Below, piece by piece: positions 10,073 through 20,307 of a stretch of DNA of 64,000 nt. The first letter of the stretch is position 1; each line of letters begins with the position of its first letter. Where the stretch lies: NCBI GenBank assembly GCA_018401015.1, contig JAGYLP010000008.1, forward strand, positions 33,944-97,943, given 5' to 3'. The stretch comes from Bacteroidales bacterium (GTDB lineage: Bacteria; Bacteroidota; Bacteroidia; Bacteroidales; M50B96). Under the pieces are notes generated by a model that was not told the origin of the DNA, did no database searches, and worked only from the letters and a program-made list of their open reading frames with translations. A program made the translations under genes and the position numbers.

Positions 10073-12895
10073 TTAAAACAAGGTGAACTGTCCTTTATCG
10101 TCTATTTTGGGATCGCCGTCCTCATCCTTTCGCTTGCGAGTATCCTCCACCTCAAATTCAATATCCTCCGCTTGTTTAGGTTTACGACCATTACCCGGTT
10201 TCTTTGGCTCCGCTTGTGTCGGGGTTTCCTGTGGTTCAGAGACAGGCTCAGCTCCTACGGAATCGATTTCGGGATTCGATTCAACCTGCGCGACTTCGTC
10301 TGTCTCATCCTTGTCATTCGTATCAGGAGCTTCTTCCTGCAAGGTATCGGTCTCTGGGAAACGAAGGGTTTCGAGCCATTCAAAAGCTTTAATCTCATAA
10401 GTTGAAATTCGCTTGCCACGTGCCTTTACTCCTTTTATGGCAATGAATTCTTCGGCGTCGATTTCCAATTGACCTTTATCGGCGTCGTCGCCTCCATATT
10501 GAACTTCCAGCCGCGCATAAAAATCGTCGCTCAAACTAACTAGTTTAGAATCCTTATGCTCTTCGTTGATAAAAGAAGTAGGCTTGTCGTTCTCTTCCAC
10601 TTCGAAGCGTTTCAGATAATAATATTGCTGTTCCCCGTCGAAATGAACCGCCGTCAGAACCTTACCCGGTTTGAACTTCTCAATCAGGAGTAAATCGGTC
10701 GGATAATGATTGGTTAAATCGAAATTTCCAACCTGATACCATCCTTCGCGAGAGATGTAAAGGATTTTATCGCTGGGGAAAAATTCTCCCAGGTATTTTC
10801 CCCTTTCATCGGTATTGAGTCGTGCAACGCCTTCGTCGAACCAGATTCTACGTCCGCCCAAGGTCGATAAACCCTTTTCTTTCAGACTAATACGATGAAT
10901 ATCGTTGCGCGACAAGGTATTCCCTTTAGCAGTTCGGGTTTTAATGGCTATTTCGCCAAAATCCTGTTCATACTGTAACTTCCGCAGCTTGGGTTTTGGT
11001 TTCAAAATGATGCGAATAATTTCTGCTTCACCATTTGGATTAGCCGAAAAATAGACGATTCGTGAACCTTCGGCACCTTGGGTTACATCGTATTCTTTGT
11101 CGCGGGTAATTCCTTTCACAAAGAAACGTTTAATGAAAAACTGGCTCGTCTTACCATGTCGATAAACCAGGTTATACACTGTGCGTTCGTCGTTCGGTTT
11201 AAACACGGCCACATGCAAAATATCTTTCCCCACGAAGGATTTTTCGCTGACCTTGGTAACCAGGTATTTCCCATTTTTCCGAAAAACAATTACATCGTCG
11301 ATATCGGAACAATCGCATACATACTCTTCTTTTTTAAGACCGTAGCCAATGAAACCTTCCTGACGATTGACATAGAGTTTCTCGTTTGCTACGGCAACCT
11401 TGGCAGCAATGATGGTATCGAAATTTCTGATTTCGGTTTTACGTTCTTTCCCTTTTCCATATTTCTCACGAATAGCTTCGAAATAGCGGATAGAGTAGGG
11501 AGTGATATGCTCGATATGAAATTCGATTTCCTTCAATTCTTCTTCGATAGCCCGAATTTTATCATCGGCCTTGAATGAATCATACCGAGAGATTCGTTTG
11601 ATTTTTATTTCGGTAAGGGCAATGATATCGTCGCGGGTAACTTCCCTGTTAAGGAGCTTTTTAAAGGGATTCAGTTCACGGTCGATGGTTTCGATAATGG
11701 AATCGAAGGTTTCGCACTCTTCGATAGATCGATAAATACGATTCTCGATGAAGATTTTTTCGAGGCTGGAATAATGCCATTCCTCGAGCAATTCGCCTTT
11801 GCGGATAGTCAATTCGAGCAGCAGGAGATTGCGTGTATTTTCCGAATTTACCCGAAGGATTTCTTTCACCCCAATGAAGCGAGGTTTGTCTTGCTCAATA
11901 ATGCAGGCATTGGGAGAGATACTCAGTTCGCAGTCGGTAAAGGCGTAGAGCGCATCGATGGTTTTATCGGCAGAAACGCCCGGAGCCAGGTGAATGACAA
12001 TTTCGACCTTTTCGGCGGTGTTGTCGTCGACCTTTTTGATTTTAATTTTTCCTTTATCGTTGGCCTTCAGAATAGTTTCGATAAGGCTTCCGGTATTTTT
12101 TCCAAAGGGAATTTCAGTAACAACCAGTGTCTTTTTATCGAGTTTTTCAATTTTCGCCCGAATCCTTACGGCCCCGCCGCGTAATCCGTCGTTGTATTTA
12201 CTTACGTCGATATATCCTCCGGTTGGGAAGTCGGGATAGAGCTCAAAATCGTCCCCTTTCAAATGGGCGATTGAGGCATCGATTAACTCGAGGAAATTGT
12301 GGGGTAAGATTTTAGATGCGAGACCAACCGCAATTCCTTCCACTCCCTGGGCCAGCAGGAGGGGGAATTTCACTGGCAGAGTAACCGGTTCTTTGTTCCG
12401 ACCATCGTAGCTTTGTTTCCAGCTGGTAGTTTTGGGATTAAATACCACCTCGAGTGCAAATTTCGACAAGCGCGCCTCGATGTATCGCGGTGCAGCAGAC
12501 CCATCGCCGGTGAGGATATTTCCCCAGTTCCCCTGGGTATCGATGAGCAAATCTTTTTGTCCTAACTGAACCAGAGCATCCCCGATCGAAGCATCGCCAT
12601 GAGGGTGATATTGCATGGTATTTCCAATCAGGTTTGCCACTTTGTTATAACGGCCATCGTCGAGGTTCTTCATAGCGTGCAAAATCCGACGTTGAACCGG
12701 CTTTAAACCATCGTTGATATGGGGTACTGCACGCTCCAGAATTACATAGGAAGCATAGTCGAGAAACCAATCTTTATACATTCCGGGCAAATGCACTAAC
12801 TGATGCAAACTAGAACCGGAATCGCTGGTCGATGCATTAGATTGGTCCTCGGAAAGAGGAAGCTCTTCGGGTGTTTGATAGGTATTGTCGTCCAT
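10073..12895 (-). CDS. parC: DNA topoisomerase IV subunit A (GyrA/ParC family) with acidic/Lys-rich C-terminal tail
   Basis: The track ORF is 10073..12952. Met20 (ATG at 12895) is the likelier start. Motifs YASYVILERAVPHINDGLKPVQRRILHAM and HPHGD are present, followed by beta-pinwheel repeats. The parC-versus-gyrA call is based on size and context only. Confidence 0.8.
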   Translation of the reverse strand: MDDNTYQTPEELPLSEDQSNASTSDSGSSLHQLVHLPGMYKDWFLDYASYVILERAVPHINDGLKPVQRRILHAMKNLDDGRYNKVANLIGNTMQYHPHGDASIGDALVQLGQKDLLIDTQGNWGNILTGDGSAAPRYIEARLSKFALEVVFNPKTTSWKQSYDGRNKEPVTLPVKFPLLLAQGVEGIAVGLASKILPHNFLELIDASIAHLKGDDFELYPDFPTGGYIDVSKYNDGLRGGAVRIRAKIEKLDKKTLVVTEIPFGKNTGSLIETILKANDKGKIKIKKVDDNTAEKVEIVIHLAPGVSADKTIDALYAFTDCELSISPNACIIEQDKPRFIGVKEILRVNSENTRNLLLLELTIRKGELLEEWHYSSLEKIFIENRIYRSIEECETFDSIIETIDRELNPFKKLLNREVTRDDIIALTEIKIKRISRYDSFKADDKIRAIEEELKEIEFHIEHITPYSIRYFEAIREKYGKGKERKTEIRNFDTIIAAKVAVANEKLYVNRQEGFIGYGLKKEEYVCDCSDIDDVIVFRKNGKYLVTKVSEKSFVGKDILHVAVFKPNDERTVYNLVYRHGKTSQFFIKRFFVKGITRDKEYDVTQGAEGSRIVYFSANPNGEAEIIRIILKPKPKLRKLQYEQDFGEIAIKTRTAKGNTLSRNDIHRISLKEKGLSTLGGRRIWFDEGVARLNTDERGKYLGEFFPSDKILYISREGWYQVGNFDLTNHYPTDLLLIEKFKPGKVLTAVHFDGEQQYYYLKRFEVEENDKPTSFINEEHKDSKLVSLSDDFYARLEVQYGGDDADKGQLEIDAEEFIAIKGVKARGKRISTYEIKAFEWLETLRFPETDTLQEEAPDTNDKDETDEVAQVESNPEIDSVGAEPVSEPQETPTQAEPKKPGNGRKPKQAEDIEFEVEDTRKRKDEDGDPKIDDKGQFTLF

Positions 12896-13087
12896 GTTGT
12901 ATGATCTCGAAAGCAAATTCTGAATAGCACACAAATATAACATCTTTCGCATTCCTTTCGGGAGAAATAAATGGACTGAAGGGCTGTGCGCCCATGCATA
13001 TTTCTCTCTGAATCAGCTGCTCTTTTCTAGTTTTTTATTTAACAGGTATTTAGTCCGCTACATTACCAAGCTCTAACCGAAACCATT

Positions 13088-13095
13088 TACATTTG
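13088..13095 (+). promoter_or_regulatory. candidate Bacteroidota sigmaA -7 box (TACATTTG, matching TAnnTTTG)
   Basis: Exact match to the TAnnTTTG pattern, 33-96 nt upstream of the possible starts of the permease gene. No clear -33 element was seen. Confidence 0.3.
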
Positions 13096-13127
13096 TGCCT
13101 TGTTACCATTATAAAACCTAAGAAGGA

Positions 13128-14483
13128 ATGCTTCTTTACTGCTTACAACCATCGAGTTACATGAATGTTATTCTTACCGAGACCACTAGCATGTGGAATT
13201 CCATTCTTCCTTATCTGGGAGCATTCATCGATTCGCTTTATTTTCTTGCGCGCGAAATGGCCATTTGGCTCCTCATAGGTTTCTTGTTTGCGGGCGTCCT
13301 TCACGTTTTTATCAATAAAAAACTCATCGCCAAATTCTTAGGCAAGAACACGTTCAAATCGATTCTATACGGTAGTTTGCTCGGGATTCCCCTTCCCTTG
13401 TGCAGTTGCGGTGTTATTCCAACCGGCATTGCCTTATACCGAAACGGTGCATCGAACAGTGCTTCCGTTTCATTCCTGATTTCGACCCCACAAACCGGAA
13501 TCGACAGCATGCTTGCCACCTATTCGCTCATGGGTTTACCCTTTGCAATTATCCGACCCATTGTTGCTCTTGTTACCGGTCTCGGAGGTGGCATTCTGAC
13601 TCGTTTTTATGGTCAATCGGAGGCAGTTACCATCGAAAAGATGGAGCTCAGTACCGAACAGGAAGGAGATGATTCGGGAAGTTTAAGTGAAAAAGTGCTG
13701 AAAGCCTTGCGCTATGGGTTCAAAGATTTCTTCGACGATTTAGCCAAATGGCTTTTCATCGGATTACTCCTGGCTGCTCTCATGAATGTAGTTATTCCCG
13801 ACAGCTTCTTCACAGAGCAATTTAGTCATCCACTCGCTCAAATGCTTGTTATGTTGATTACAGCGATTCCGCTATACACCTGCGCCACCGGATCCATTCC
13901 TATTGCCGGAGTGCTCATGATGAAAGGCTTATCGCCTGGAGCAGCGCTTGTATTTCTAATGGCCGGTCCGGCTACCAGCCTTGCCAGCATAGCTGTTTTG
14001 GGCAAAGCACTCGGACGCAAAAACCTGATAAGCTATTTAATTTCGATTATCAGCGGAGCCGTCATTTTCGGGCTCATCATCGATTATTTATTACCGGCCG
14101 AACTCTTCCTCAACGCCATGCCTCATCTTCAGACCGGACATGTGCACGAAAGCAATTTTATTCCGGAAGTGATCCTTGAAATTGGTGCCGGAATTTTAGG
14201 ATTCTTGTTAATTGCATCCTTTTACCGACAAAAAATAAAACCTATGTTTCTAAAAGATAATGCTATCCTTCCCTCTCGTGCAAAGCGCGTGAAAATTGGA
14301 GGAATGAACTGCCAACACTGTCAGGCTAATGTTGAAAACAGCCTTAAAACCATAGTATCCATTGAACGATTTGAAGTCAATCTGACGACCGAAACGGCCA
14401 TCTTGTATGGAGATGACATCGACCTAAATGCAGTAAAAAATGCGGTAGAAGCCATCGGATATCATTATATGGGAGAAGTTTAG
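13128..14483 (+). CDS. metal permease (DUF318/ArsP-like, SO_0444-type) fused to a C-terminal heavy-metal-associated (HMA) domain
   Basis: 451 aa with ~8 TM segments. A CSCG motif lies in a TM segment (PLPLCSCGVIP). The C-terminal 70 aa has GMNCQHCQANVENSLK, a CxxC ferredoxin-like HMA fold. The start could also be ATG 13161 or 13191. Confidence 0.75.
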   Translation: MLLYCLQPSSYMNVILTETTSMWNSILPYLGAFIDSLYFLAREMAIWLLIGFLFAGVLHVFINKKLIAKFLGKNTFKSILYGSLLGIPLPLCSCGVIPTGIALYRNGASNSASVSFLISTPQTGIDSMLATYSLMGLPFAIIRPIVALVTGLGGGILTRFYGQSEAVTIEKMELSTEQEGDDSGSLSEKVLKALRYGFKDFFDDLAKWLFIGLLLAALMNVVIPDSFFTEQFSHPLAQMLVMLITAIPLYTCATGSIPIAGVLMMKGLSPGAALVFLMAGPATSLASIAVLGKALGRKNLISYLISIISGAVIFGLIIDYLLPAELFLNAMPHLQTGHVHESNFIPEVILEIGAGILGFLLIASFYRQKIKPMFLKDNAILPSRAKRVKIGGMNCQHCQANVENSLKTIVSIERFEVNLTTETAILYGDDIDLNAVKNAVEAIGYHYMGEV

Positions 14484-14488
14484 GTTAA

Positions 14489-15040
14489 ATGATGGGACGA
14501 CTCATTCCAACTTCACTGGCAGCACATTACGTCCTTACCGGCATCCATTCACCCCTCCGATTTGGAGTGATTGAGACACAAGGAGGCCTCGTCCGGAGCA
14601 TTCAATCGGCAGTGCCATTTGTCGAAAAGAGCAGCATTGTGTTTAAAAACGGAATCATCATTCCACCATCCCCGTTGCCTGGAACAGGCCCTTCCCTTCC
14701 GACCCAATTGACCGATGCGTGGGGAAGCTCCAACGAAACTCGCTCGGTTTTACTTACCCTTTGGGAGGAGTACCATGCTCATAAGCGCGACTACCAAGCG
14801 GTTTTATTTCGCTTGCAGGAGATTTATCCCCAGGCTCAAGTTACAAGTCTCCTTCGGTTTTGGTTAAACTTATTCACCTCAGACACTCAGACCGAAAATG
14901 GAGCGAAAGGTCCTTATCTTTACCCAGGTTCGCCAGCTCGTTTTTTCTCTATTCAACACTTCAACTTCGACCAATTTCGCCTAAGCGATCGGAGTAGGTT
15001 GGAAGAAATCGATTGGACGAATGCCAATCAAAGCACGTAA
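14489..15040 (+). CDS. hypothetical protein
   Basis: 183-aa ORF that fills the gap between flanking same-strand genes. No motif was recognised. Confidence 0.4.
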   Translation: MMGRLIPTSLAAHYVLTGIHSPLRFGVIETQGGLVRSIQSAVPFVEKSSIVFKNGIIIPPSPLPGTGPSLPTQLTDAWGSSNETRSVLLTLWEEYHAHKRDYQAVLFRLQEIYPQAQVTSLLRFWLNLFTSDTQTENGAKGPYLYPGSPARFFSIQHFNFDQFRLSDRSRLEEIDWTNANQST

Positions 15041-15072
15041 AAAAACGAACTGCCTACCTGAACCGATTCACT

Positions 15073-15690
15073 ATGACACGTATCCTTGTTTTCCTTTTCA
15101 TTGGTCTACTATCCATAGGAAGCGTTCATTCACAAGCGTTTACCGATTACCACCGGTTTAGCAAACAGGTAAAGTCTCGCACTTTCTTCATCGATGGAAT
15201 AGCAGAAGGAAAACACGAATACTTTTATAGGAATGGGAAAAAAGAGTTAGAGGCTCACTACCGGCGAGGATTGTTAGACGGCTCATTTATTGAATGGTAT
15301 CGGGACGGTCAAATCAAATTAATCGGGTATTTTAAACGAGATGTGCGCCATGGAAAATGGACCTTCTACTTTCGGAATGGGAAAACCCACATTCAGGAAT
15401 TTTACCTCGACGGAGTGCCCGACGATTATCGGTTCGAATGGTATACAAACGGTCAGTTAAAACAAAAATCCTATTTCGTAAATGGAGTTCTTCAAGGGGA
15501 ATGGGAAGCTTATTACAAAAACGGTCAGATAAAAGAAAAGGGGAATATTGTGAACGGCTTGCGCGATGGTTTATGGACTGAATGGTATGTGAACGGGCAG
15601 AAGCGCCTGGAAGCAATTTATCGCGAAGGAGTCTTAACCCGACCACCCATTCGCTGGTGGAGCAATGGGAATCTCGACGAAGGCTGGTAG
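15073..15690 (+). CDS. MORN-variant repeat protein (YwqK-like), secreted
   Basis: The track ORF is 15013..15690. Met21 (ATG at 15073) gives the signal peptide MTRILVFLFIGLLSIGSVHSQ. Repeated units of the form WY.NGQ.K....Y..G...G.W are present. Confidence 0.75.
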   Translation: MTRILVFLFIGLLSIGSVHSQAFTDYHRFSKQVKSRTFFIDGIAEGKHEYFYRNGKKELEAHYRRGLLDGSFIEWYRDGQIKLIGYFKRDVRHGKWTFYFRNGKTHIQEFYLDGVPDDYRFEWYTNGQLKQKSYFVNGVLQGEWEAYYKNGQIKEKGNIVNGLRDGLWTEWYVNGQKRLEAIYREGVLTRPPIRWWSNGNLDEGW

Positions 15691-15734
15691 CTTCTTTCAG
15701 CGATAATTATACTAGTTTTGCAAAAAAATCTCCA

Positions 15735-16511
15735 ATGGCGACCACTTTTTTGTTTCACGATGTAATTTTTGGACCGGTTAAGAGTCGACGACTTGGTATC
15801 TCCTTAGGAATCAACCTTTCTCCCACGCATACCAAGTGGTGTAATTACAATTGCTTGTATTGCGAATGCGGCTGGAATCCTGTTGCTGGGAGTAAACCGG
15901 TGCTCCCCTCGAAAGAAGAGGTAATTCAAAAGCTTCAGGAAACGCTTGTTCTCATGCAAGAAAAAGGAGAGAAACCCGATGTAATTACCTTTTCCGGCAA
16001 CGGAGAGCCAACCATGCATCCCTCATTCGAATGGATCGTTGACGAAGTGATAAACCTCCGCAACTCCTTTTGCTCCGGAGCACGCATTGCCGTATTATCA
16101 AACGCAAGTCTTCTGCATAAGGAATCGGTGTTCCGGGCATTACAAAAAGTGGACGATCCCATTCTGAAGCTCGATTCCGGAGGCGAACGCATGAGTCGAA
16201 TCATCAATCAACCAGCTTATCCTTTTGACTTGGAAAAGCACTTGCAGGAAATGGAAAAATTCGAAGGAAATTTCATTTTACAAAGCATCTTCCTGCGGGG
16301 TAGGTACCAGGAAGAAATCTTCGACAATACGAATGAAGATGAGCTGTGCAGGTGGATGAAGCACGTTAAGCGCTTGAATCCGCGGAAAGTGATGATTTAC
16401 TCATTGGATCGCGCCACCCCTCACCCCGATCTGGAGAAAGTAAGTTTGGAAGAACTAGAACGGATTGCTCAAAAACTTCGTTCCGAAGGCTTCGACGTTC
16501 AAGTTGCCTAA
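15735..16511 (+). CDS. radical SAM protein
   Basis: The track ORF 15582..16511 overlaps the upstream gene. Met52 (ATG at 15735) gives MATTFLFHDVIFGPVKSRRLGISLGINL...CNYNCLYCECGW, a CxxxCxxC cluster. Confidence 0.8.
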   Translation: MATTFLFHDVIFGPVKSRRLGISLGINLSPTHTKWCNYNCLYCECGWNPVAGSKPVLPSKEEVIQKLQETLVLMQEKGEKPDVITFSGNGEPTMHPSFEWIVDEVINLRNSFCSGARIAVLSNASLLHKESVFRALQKVDDPILKLDSGGERMSRIINQPAYPFDLEKHLQEMEKFEGNFILQSIFLRGRYQEEIFDNTNEDELCRWMKHVKRLNPRKVMIYSLDRATPHPDLEKVSLEELERIAQKLRSEGFDVQVA

Positions 16512-16514
16512 AGG

Positions 16515-17624
16515 CTATTTTTCCGGGATAGAAAAATGTGCATGAATAGGGAAATGGTCGGAATACCCTACCCGATCAACCTGATACTCGAAGGATTGAA
16601 TATCTTGAGAGTGAAATAAAAAATCGATTCGTAACCCCGGGAATAATTGGGTGTAGGTTTTCGACAATCCTGTTCCCGATTCTAAAAACGCATCGTTGAA
16701 TCCTTCCTCCATGGTTTTATAGGTATAGGAAACCGGCGAATCGTTAAAATCGGCAGCTAAAATCAGCGGATAAGGCGAATCGACCATCGACTCATGCAGG
16801 AGTTTTGCTTGCGCTTCTCTTTTGATCCATGCATCACTTAATAAACTCCATATACGTCGGACTTTCTTCATATTCTCATCCCTTTCCTGCAAACTAAAGC
16901 GTTCAAAAAGAGCATATTCATCCTTGTCAAAATAGATGGATTGCAGGTGAGCGTTATAAATCCTGATTCGCTTGAAATCGACTTTTATATCGGTGTAAAT
17001 CGCCGAATTATACGACGATTCAAAATGGATTGTTTCTCTAGACAAGATGGGATAACGGGAAAAAGTAATCAAGCCCACACCTGATTTTGGATCGTTCGAT
17101 TCGTAATAATCGGCATACCCTTTCTCGCGCATTCGACGCATAAATTCGAGATAATTTTTATCCTGTTTCAACGGAATATATTCCTGAAGGCAAATAACAT
17201 CGGCCTCCGATTCAAGGATGTAGTTCATGAGTAAACGGCGGGTATCTTCTTCACCGGACCAATTAAATCGGTCGAAATAGCGAATATTATAACTCATCAC
17301 CTTGAGGTTTTCTTGCGGCAGATCGGCAAGTTGAGCCGATTTGATTCGGATGGTGTGAGTATAGTTCGGGTAGGAGATAAGCAAAGCGGCCACTGCGATG
17401 AGGAAAGTCCACTTACGTTTAATAATCCAGAAAACCAGATACATTAAATTAAGGAAGAAGAGGAAGGGGAAACCCAGTCCAAAATAACTTGGGAATACCA
17501 AGGTAGAGGGAGCAATCCAGGTAGAAGCATTGGCAAGCAACAAGCTGAATGCAATCAGTAGGCTAAATAATTGATTTATTCTCAGCAGAAGGGAGCTGAG
17601 TGCTCTATTTTTTTTTGTTGCCAT
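16515..17624 (-). CDS. endonuclease/exonuclease/phosphatase (EEP) family membrane protein
   Basis: The track ORF is 16515..17720. Met33 (ATG at 17624) is the preferred start. N-terminal TM segments are followed by EEP-type motifs (VMSYNIRYF, ICLQE, SDHFPI). Confidence 0.8.
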   Translation of the reverse strand: MATKKNRALSSLLLRINQLFSLLIAFSLLLANASTWIAPSTLVFPSYFGLGFPFLFFLNLMYLVFWIIKRKWTFLIAVAALLISYPNYTHTIRIKSAQLADLPQENLKVMSYNIRYFDRFNWSGEEDTRRLLMNYILESEADVICLQEYIPLKQDKNYLEFMRRMREKGYADYYESNDPKSGVGLITFSRYPILSRETIHFESSYNSAIYTDIKVDFKRIRIYNAHLQSIYFDKDEYALFERFSLQERDENMKKVRRIWSLLSDAWIKREAQAKLLHESMVDSPYPLILAADFNDSPVSYTYKTMEEGFNDAFLESGTGLSKTYTQLFPGLRIDFLFHSQDIQSFEYQVDRVGYSDHFPIHAHFSIPEK

Positions 17625-18498
17625 AGCTAAACAACTTCTCTTTTTCATCGGCCGATAAACTGGCATAACCCGAACGCTGGATCTTTTCGAGAATAGCGTC
17701 GATTTCGGCCTGTTCCACACGTTTCTTATAATTGTAATCGTAATCGGAGTTAGCAGTGGTCGATTTGTAACTTACACTTAATTTTCGTCCCCACCGAAAT
17801 CGAGTTAGCAAGCTGCTCAAGAAACGTTCAAATCCGGCCGCTATATTGGTGCCTTTCTTAAGCTTTGCAACGTACCAGTATCCCCAAAATGCACCACCCA
17901 AGTGCGCTATATGGCCACCTGAGTTCGAAACCGGCAACTGAACTAAATCCAAAAACACATATACGATTCCGATGTATTTAAGCGAGACCGGACCAAGAAA
18001 CATGAGATGGATTTTCAAATTCGGACTGTAAACCGCCATTCCAATCACAATAGCCGAAACAGCCGCAGAGGCACCAAAAGCGTAGGCATTGGCGCGAACG
18101 TCGGCAAAAACCGGGAAGAGCGAGTAGCTCAGCATATAGAAAAGTCCTCCCATCAGCCCCCCTAGCAAATAAATGCTCAACAACTTCTTCTCGTCGAGGA
18201 ATTGAACGAACATTTTTCCAAACCAGAAAAGCCAGAGCAAATTAAACAGGATATGAAAGAAATCTTGATGAAAGAACATACTGGTAATCAAGGTCCAGGG
18301 CCGCGTTAGGAGGACAAATGGATCGGCGGGCAGGGCCAAGATTTTGGTGAGTGCGAGCGGTCCTGCCTCCCATTGAAAGAAGAAAAAGAAAATACGCAGA
18401 ATCATTACCAACGCGTAAACTCCGAGGTTAATGTAGATTAACTTCGAGAGGTAGTTTCCTTCGCGGAATGATTCTTTTATTTCATCGAAAATGTTCAT
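17605..18498 (-). CDS. rhomboid family intramembrane serine protease
   Basis: The track ORF is 17605..18576. Met27 (ATG at 18498) is the preferred start. Motifs HILFNLLWLFWFG, GASAAVSA (catalytic Ser) and HLGGAFWGY (catalytic His) are present, plus a soluble C-terminal tail. Confidence 0.85.
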   Translation of the reverse strand: MNIFDEIKESFREGNYLSKLIYINLGVYALVMILRIFFFFFQWEAGPLALTKILALPADPFVLLTRPWTLITSMFFHQDFFHILFNLLWLFWFGKMFVQFLDEKKLLSIYLLGGLMGGLFYMLSYSLFPVFADVRANAYAFGASAAVSAIVIGMAVYSPNLKIHLMFLGPVSLKYIGIVYVFLDLVQLPVSNSGGHIAHLGGAFWGYWYVAKLKKGTNIAAGFERFLSSLLTRFRWGRKLSVSYKSTTANSDYDYNYKKRVEQAEIDAILEKIQRSGYASLSADEKEKLFSYGNKKK

Positions 18499-18598
18499 AA
18501 CAAACAGCTTTGCTTCTCCTTGAAAAATAGGGAGCGGCACAAAGATAACAATTGGAATTTGTACTTTTGCGTGCAATCACAAACAAAGACAGACAAGT

Positions 18599-19588
18599 AT
18601 GGAAACCGTTGTAAGCGGAATACGTTCGACCGGTAATTTACACCTGGGAAATTATTTTGGAGCCATCCGAAACTTTATAAAAATGCAGCACGAGCACTCC
18701 TGCTATTTTTTTATTGCCGATTATCATTCATTAACCACCCATCCAACACCCGAAAACCTCCATCAAAATGTGAGGCAGGTACTGGCAGAATATTTGGCAG
18801 CAGGACTCGACCCCGAAGTAGCAACTTTATATGTTCAGAGCGACTTACCCGAGGTAAGTGAGCTTTATTTGTTGCTGAACATGAATGCCTACATCGGTGA
18901 ACTGGAACGAACCACCTCATTCAAAGATAAAGTGCGCAAGCAACCCGACAACGTCAATGCGGGATTGTTAACCTATCCGGTACTTATGGCAGCCGATATT
19001 ATCATACACCGGGCTACGAAAGTTCCGGTAGGGAAAGACCAGGAACAAAACCTGGAGATGTCGCGCAAATTTGCCAAACGATTCAATCGCATGTATGGCG
19101 TCGATTACTTTCAGGAACCCTATCCGTATAATTTTGGAGAAGAGCTAATCAAAATTCCGGGTCTCGACGGAAGCGGAAAAATGGGCAAATCGGAAGGGAA
19201 TGGCATCTACCTGAGCGACTCCGAAAAAGTGATTCGCAAAAAAGTGATGAGTGCTGTTACCGATCAAGGACCACAAACACCCAATTCACCCATCAGTGAA
19301 CCGATTCAGAATCTTTTCTCCATCATGAACGTGGTAAGCGAACCCGATACACTAAAGTTTTTCCGCGATCGCTATGCTGATTGTACCATCCGCTACGGCG
19401 ACTTGAAAAAACAACTGGCTGCCGACATCAACCAAATGGTTGCTCCCATTCGGGAACGAATCGAAGAGATTAGCGAAAACGAAGCCTTATTAAGAAAAGT
19501 GGCCAAAATGGGAGCTGAAAAGGCACGCGAAAGTGCACAAAAAACCATCCGGGAAGTCCGAGAAATAATTGGCTTTAAACCATTTTAA
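18599..19588 (+). CDS. trpS: tryptophan--tRNA ligase
   Basis: 329 aa with a HIGH-type motif (TGNLHLGNY) and a KMSKS-type motif (KMGKS). Confidence 0.92.
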   Translation: METVVSGIRSTGNLHLGNYFGAIRNFIKMQHEHSCYFFIADYHSLTTHPTPENLHQNVRQVLAEYLAAGLDPEVATLYVQSDLPEVSELYLLLNMNAYIGELERTTSFKDKVRKQPDNVNAGLLTYPVLMAADIIIHRATKVPVGKDQEQNLEMSRKFAKRFNRMYGVDYFQEPYPYNFGEELIKIPGLDGSGKMGKSEGNGIYLSDSEKVIRKKVMSAVTDQGPQTPNSPISEPIQNLFSIMNVVSEPDTLKFFRDRYADCTIRYGDLKKQLAADINQMVAPIRERIEEISENEALLRKVAKMGAEKARESAQKTIREVREIIGFKPF

Positions 19589-19695
19589 TCCTTACTTTAA
19601 GCTTAGACTTTCGGAGGGGATTGCTCGGCGAAACGCAATGACTCCGGGATTCAACAAGTTTAACGTGTAGTGCCTGAAAAACAATTAATAAGCCT

Positions 19696-20307
19696 ATGAA
19701 AATTATTTGTATCGGACGCAATTATTCGGAGCATGCCAAGGAATTGCAAAACGAAGTTCCTAAGGAACCCGTATTTTTCATGAAGCCCGATTCAGCTTTA
19801 CTTAAAAATAATCAAGACTTCTTTTATCCGGGTTTTTGCGGAAACCTGCACTACGAAGTGGAAGTAGTGATTCGTATTAACCGGCTGGGAAAATACATCG
19901 AGGAGCGTTTTGCCAATCGCTACTACGACGAAGTAGCATTGGGCATCGACTTTACAGCCCGCGACCTGCAAAATAAAATGAAAGAAAAAGGACTCCCCTG
20001 GGAAATTTCCAAAGCCTTCGATCAATCGGCTGTTCTGAGTAATTTCATCGCGCTTAACCGATTTCTCGATGTTCAACATATCCCCTTCTCCCTTCAAAAA
20101 AACGGCGAAACCGTTCAGGAAGGAAATACTTCCGACATGATTTTTACGGTGGACCAAATCATTGCTTATGTTTCGAAATTCCTCACGTTAAAAATTGGGG
20201 ACCTCATTTACACCGGTACTCCGGCCGGGGTAGGACCCATCGACATTAGCGACCGATTAACCGGTTATATTGCCGATAAAAAAATGTTCGACTTCATGAT
20301 ACGCTAA
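19696..20307 (+). CDS. fumarylacetoacetate hydrolase family protein
   Basis: 203 aa. The sequences MKIICIGRNYSEHAKE...FFMKP...YEVEVVI...GDLIYTGTPAGVG are typical of short FAH-family enzymes. Confidence 0.85.
   Translation: MKIICIGRNYSEHAKELQNEVPKEPVFFMKPDSALLKNNQDFFYPGFCGNLHYEVEVVIRINRLGKYIEERFANRYYDEVALGIDFTARDLQNKMKEKGLPWEISKAFDQSAVLSNFIALNRFLDVQHIPFSLQKNGETVQEGNTSDMIFTVDQIIAYVSKFLTLKIGDLIYTGTPAGVGPIDISDRLTGYIADKKMFDFMIR

Noticed and set aside
15013-18576. Long N-terminal extensions in several track ORFs. Examples are 15013, 15582, 17720 and 18576. The same applies elsewhere at 4385, 12952, 21144, 34698, 43761, 60864 and 61877.
   Set aside because: The extensions overlap upstream genes or precede obvious signal peptides or conserved N-termini. 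Internal ATGs giving canonical starts were preferred. Exact starts remain unverified.
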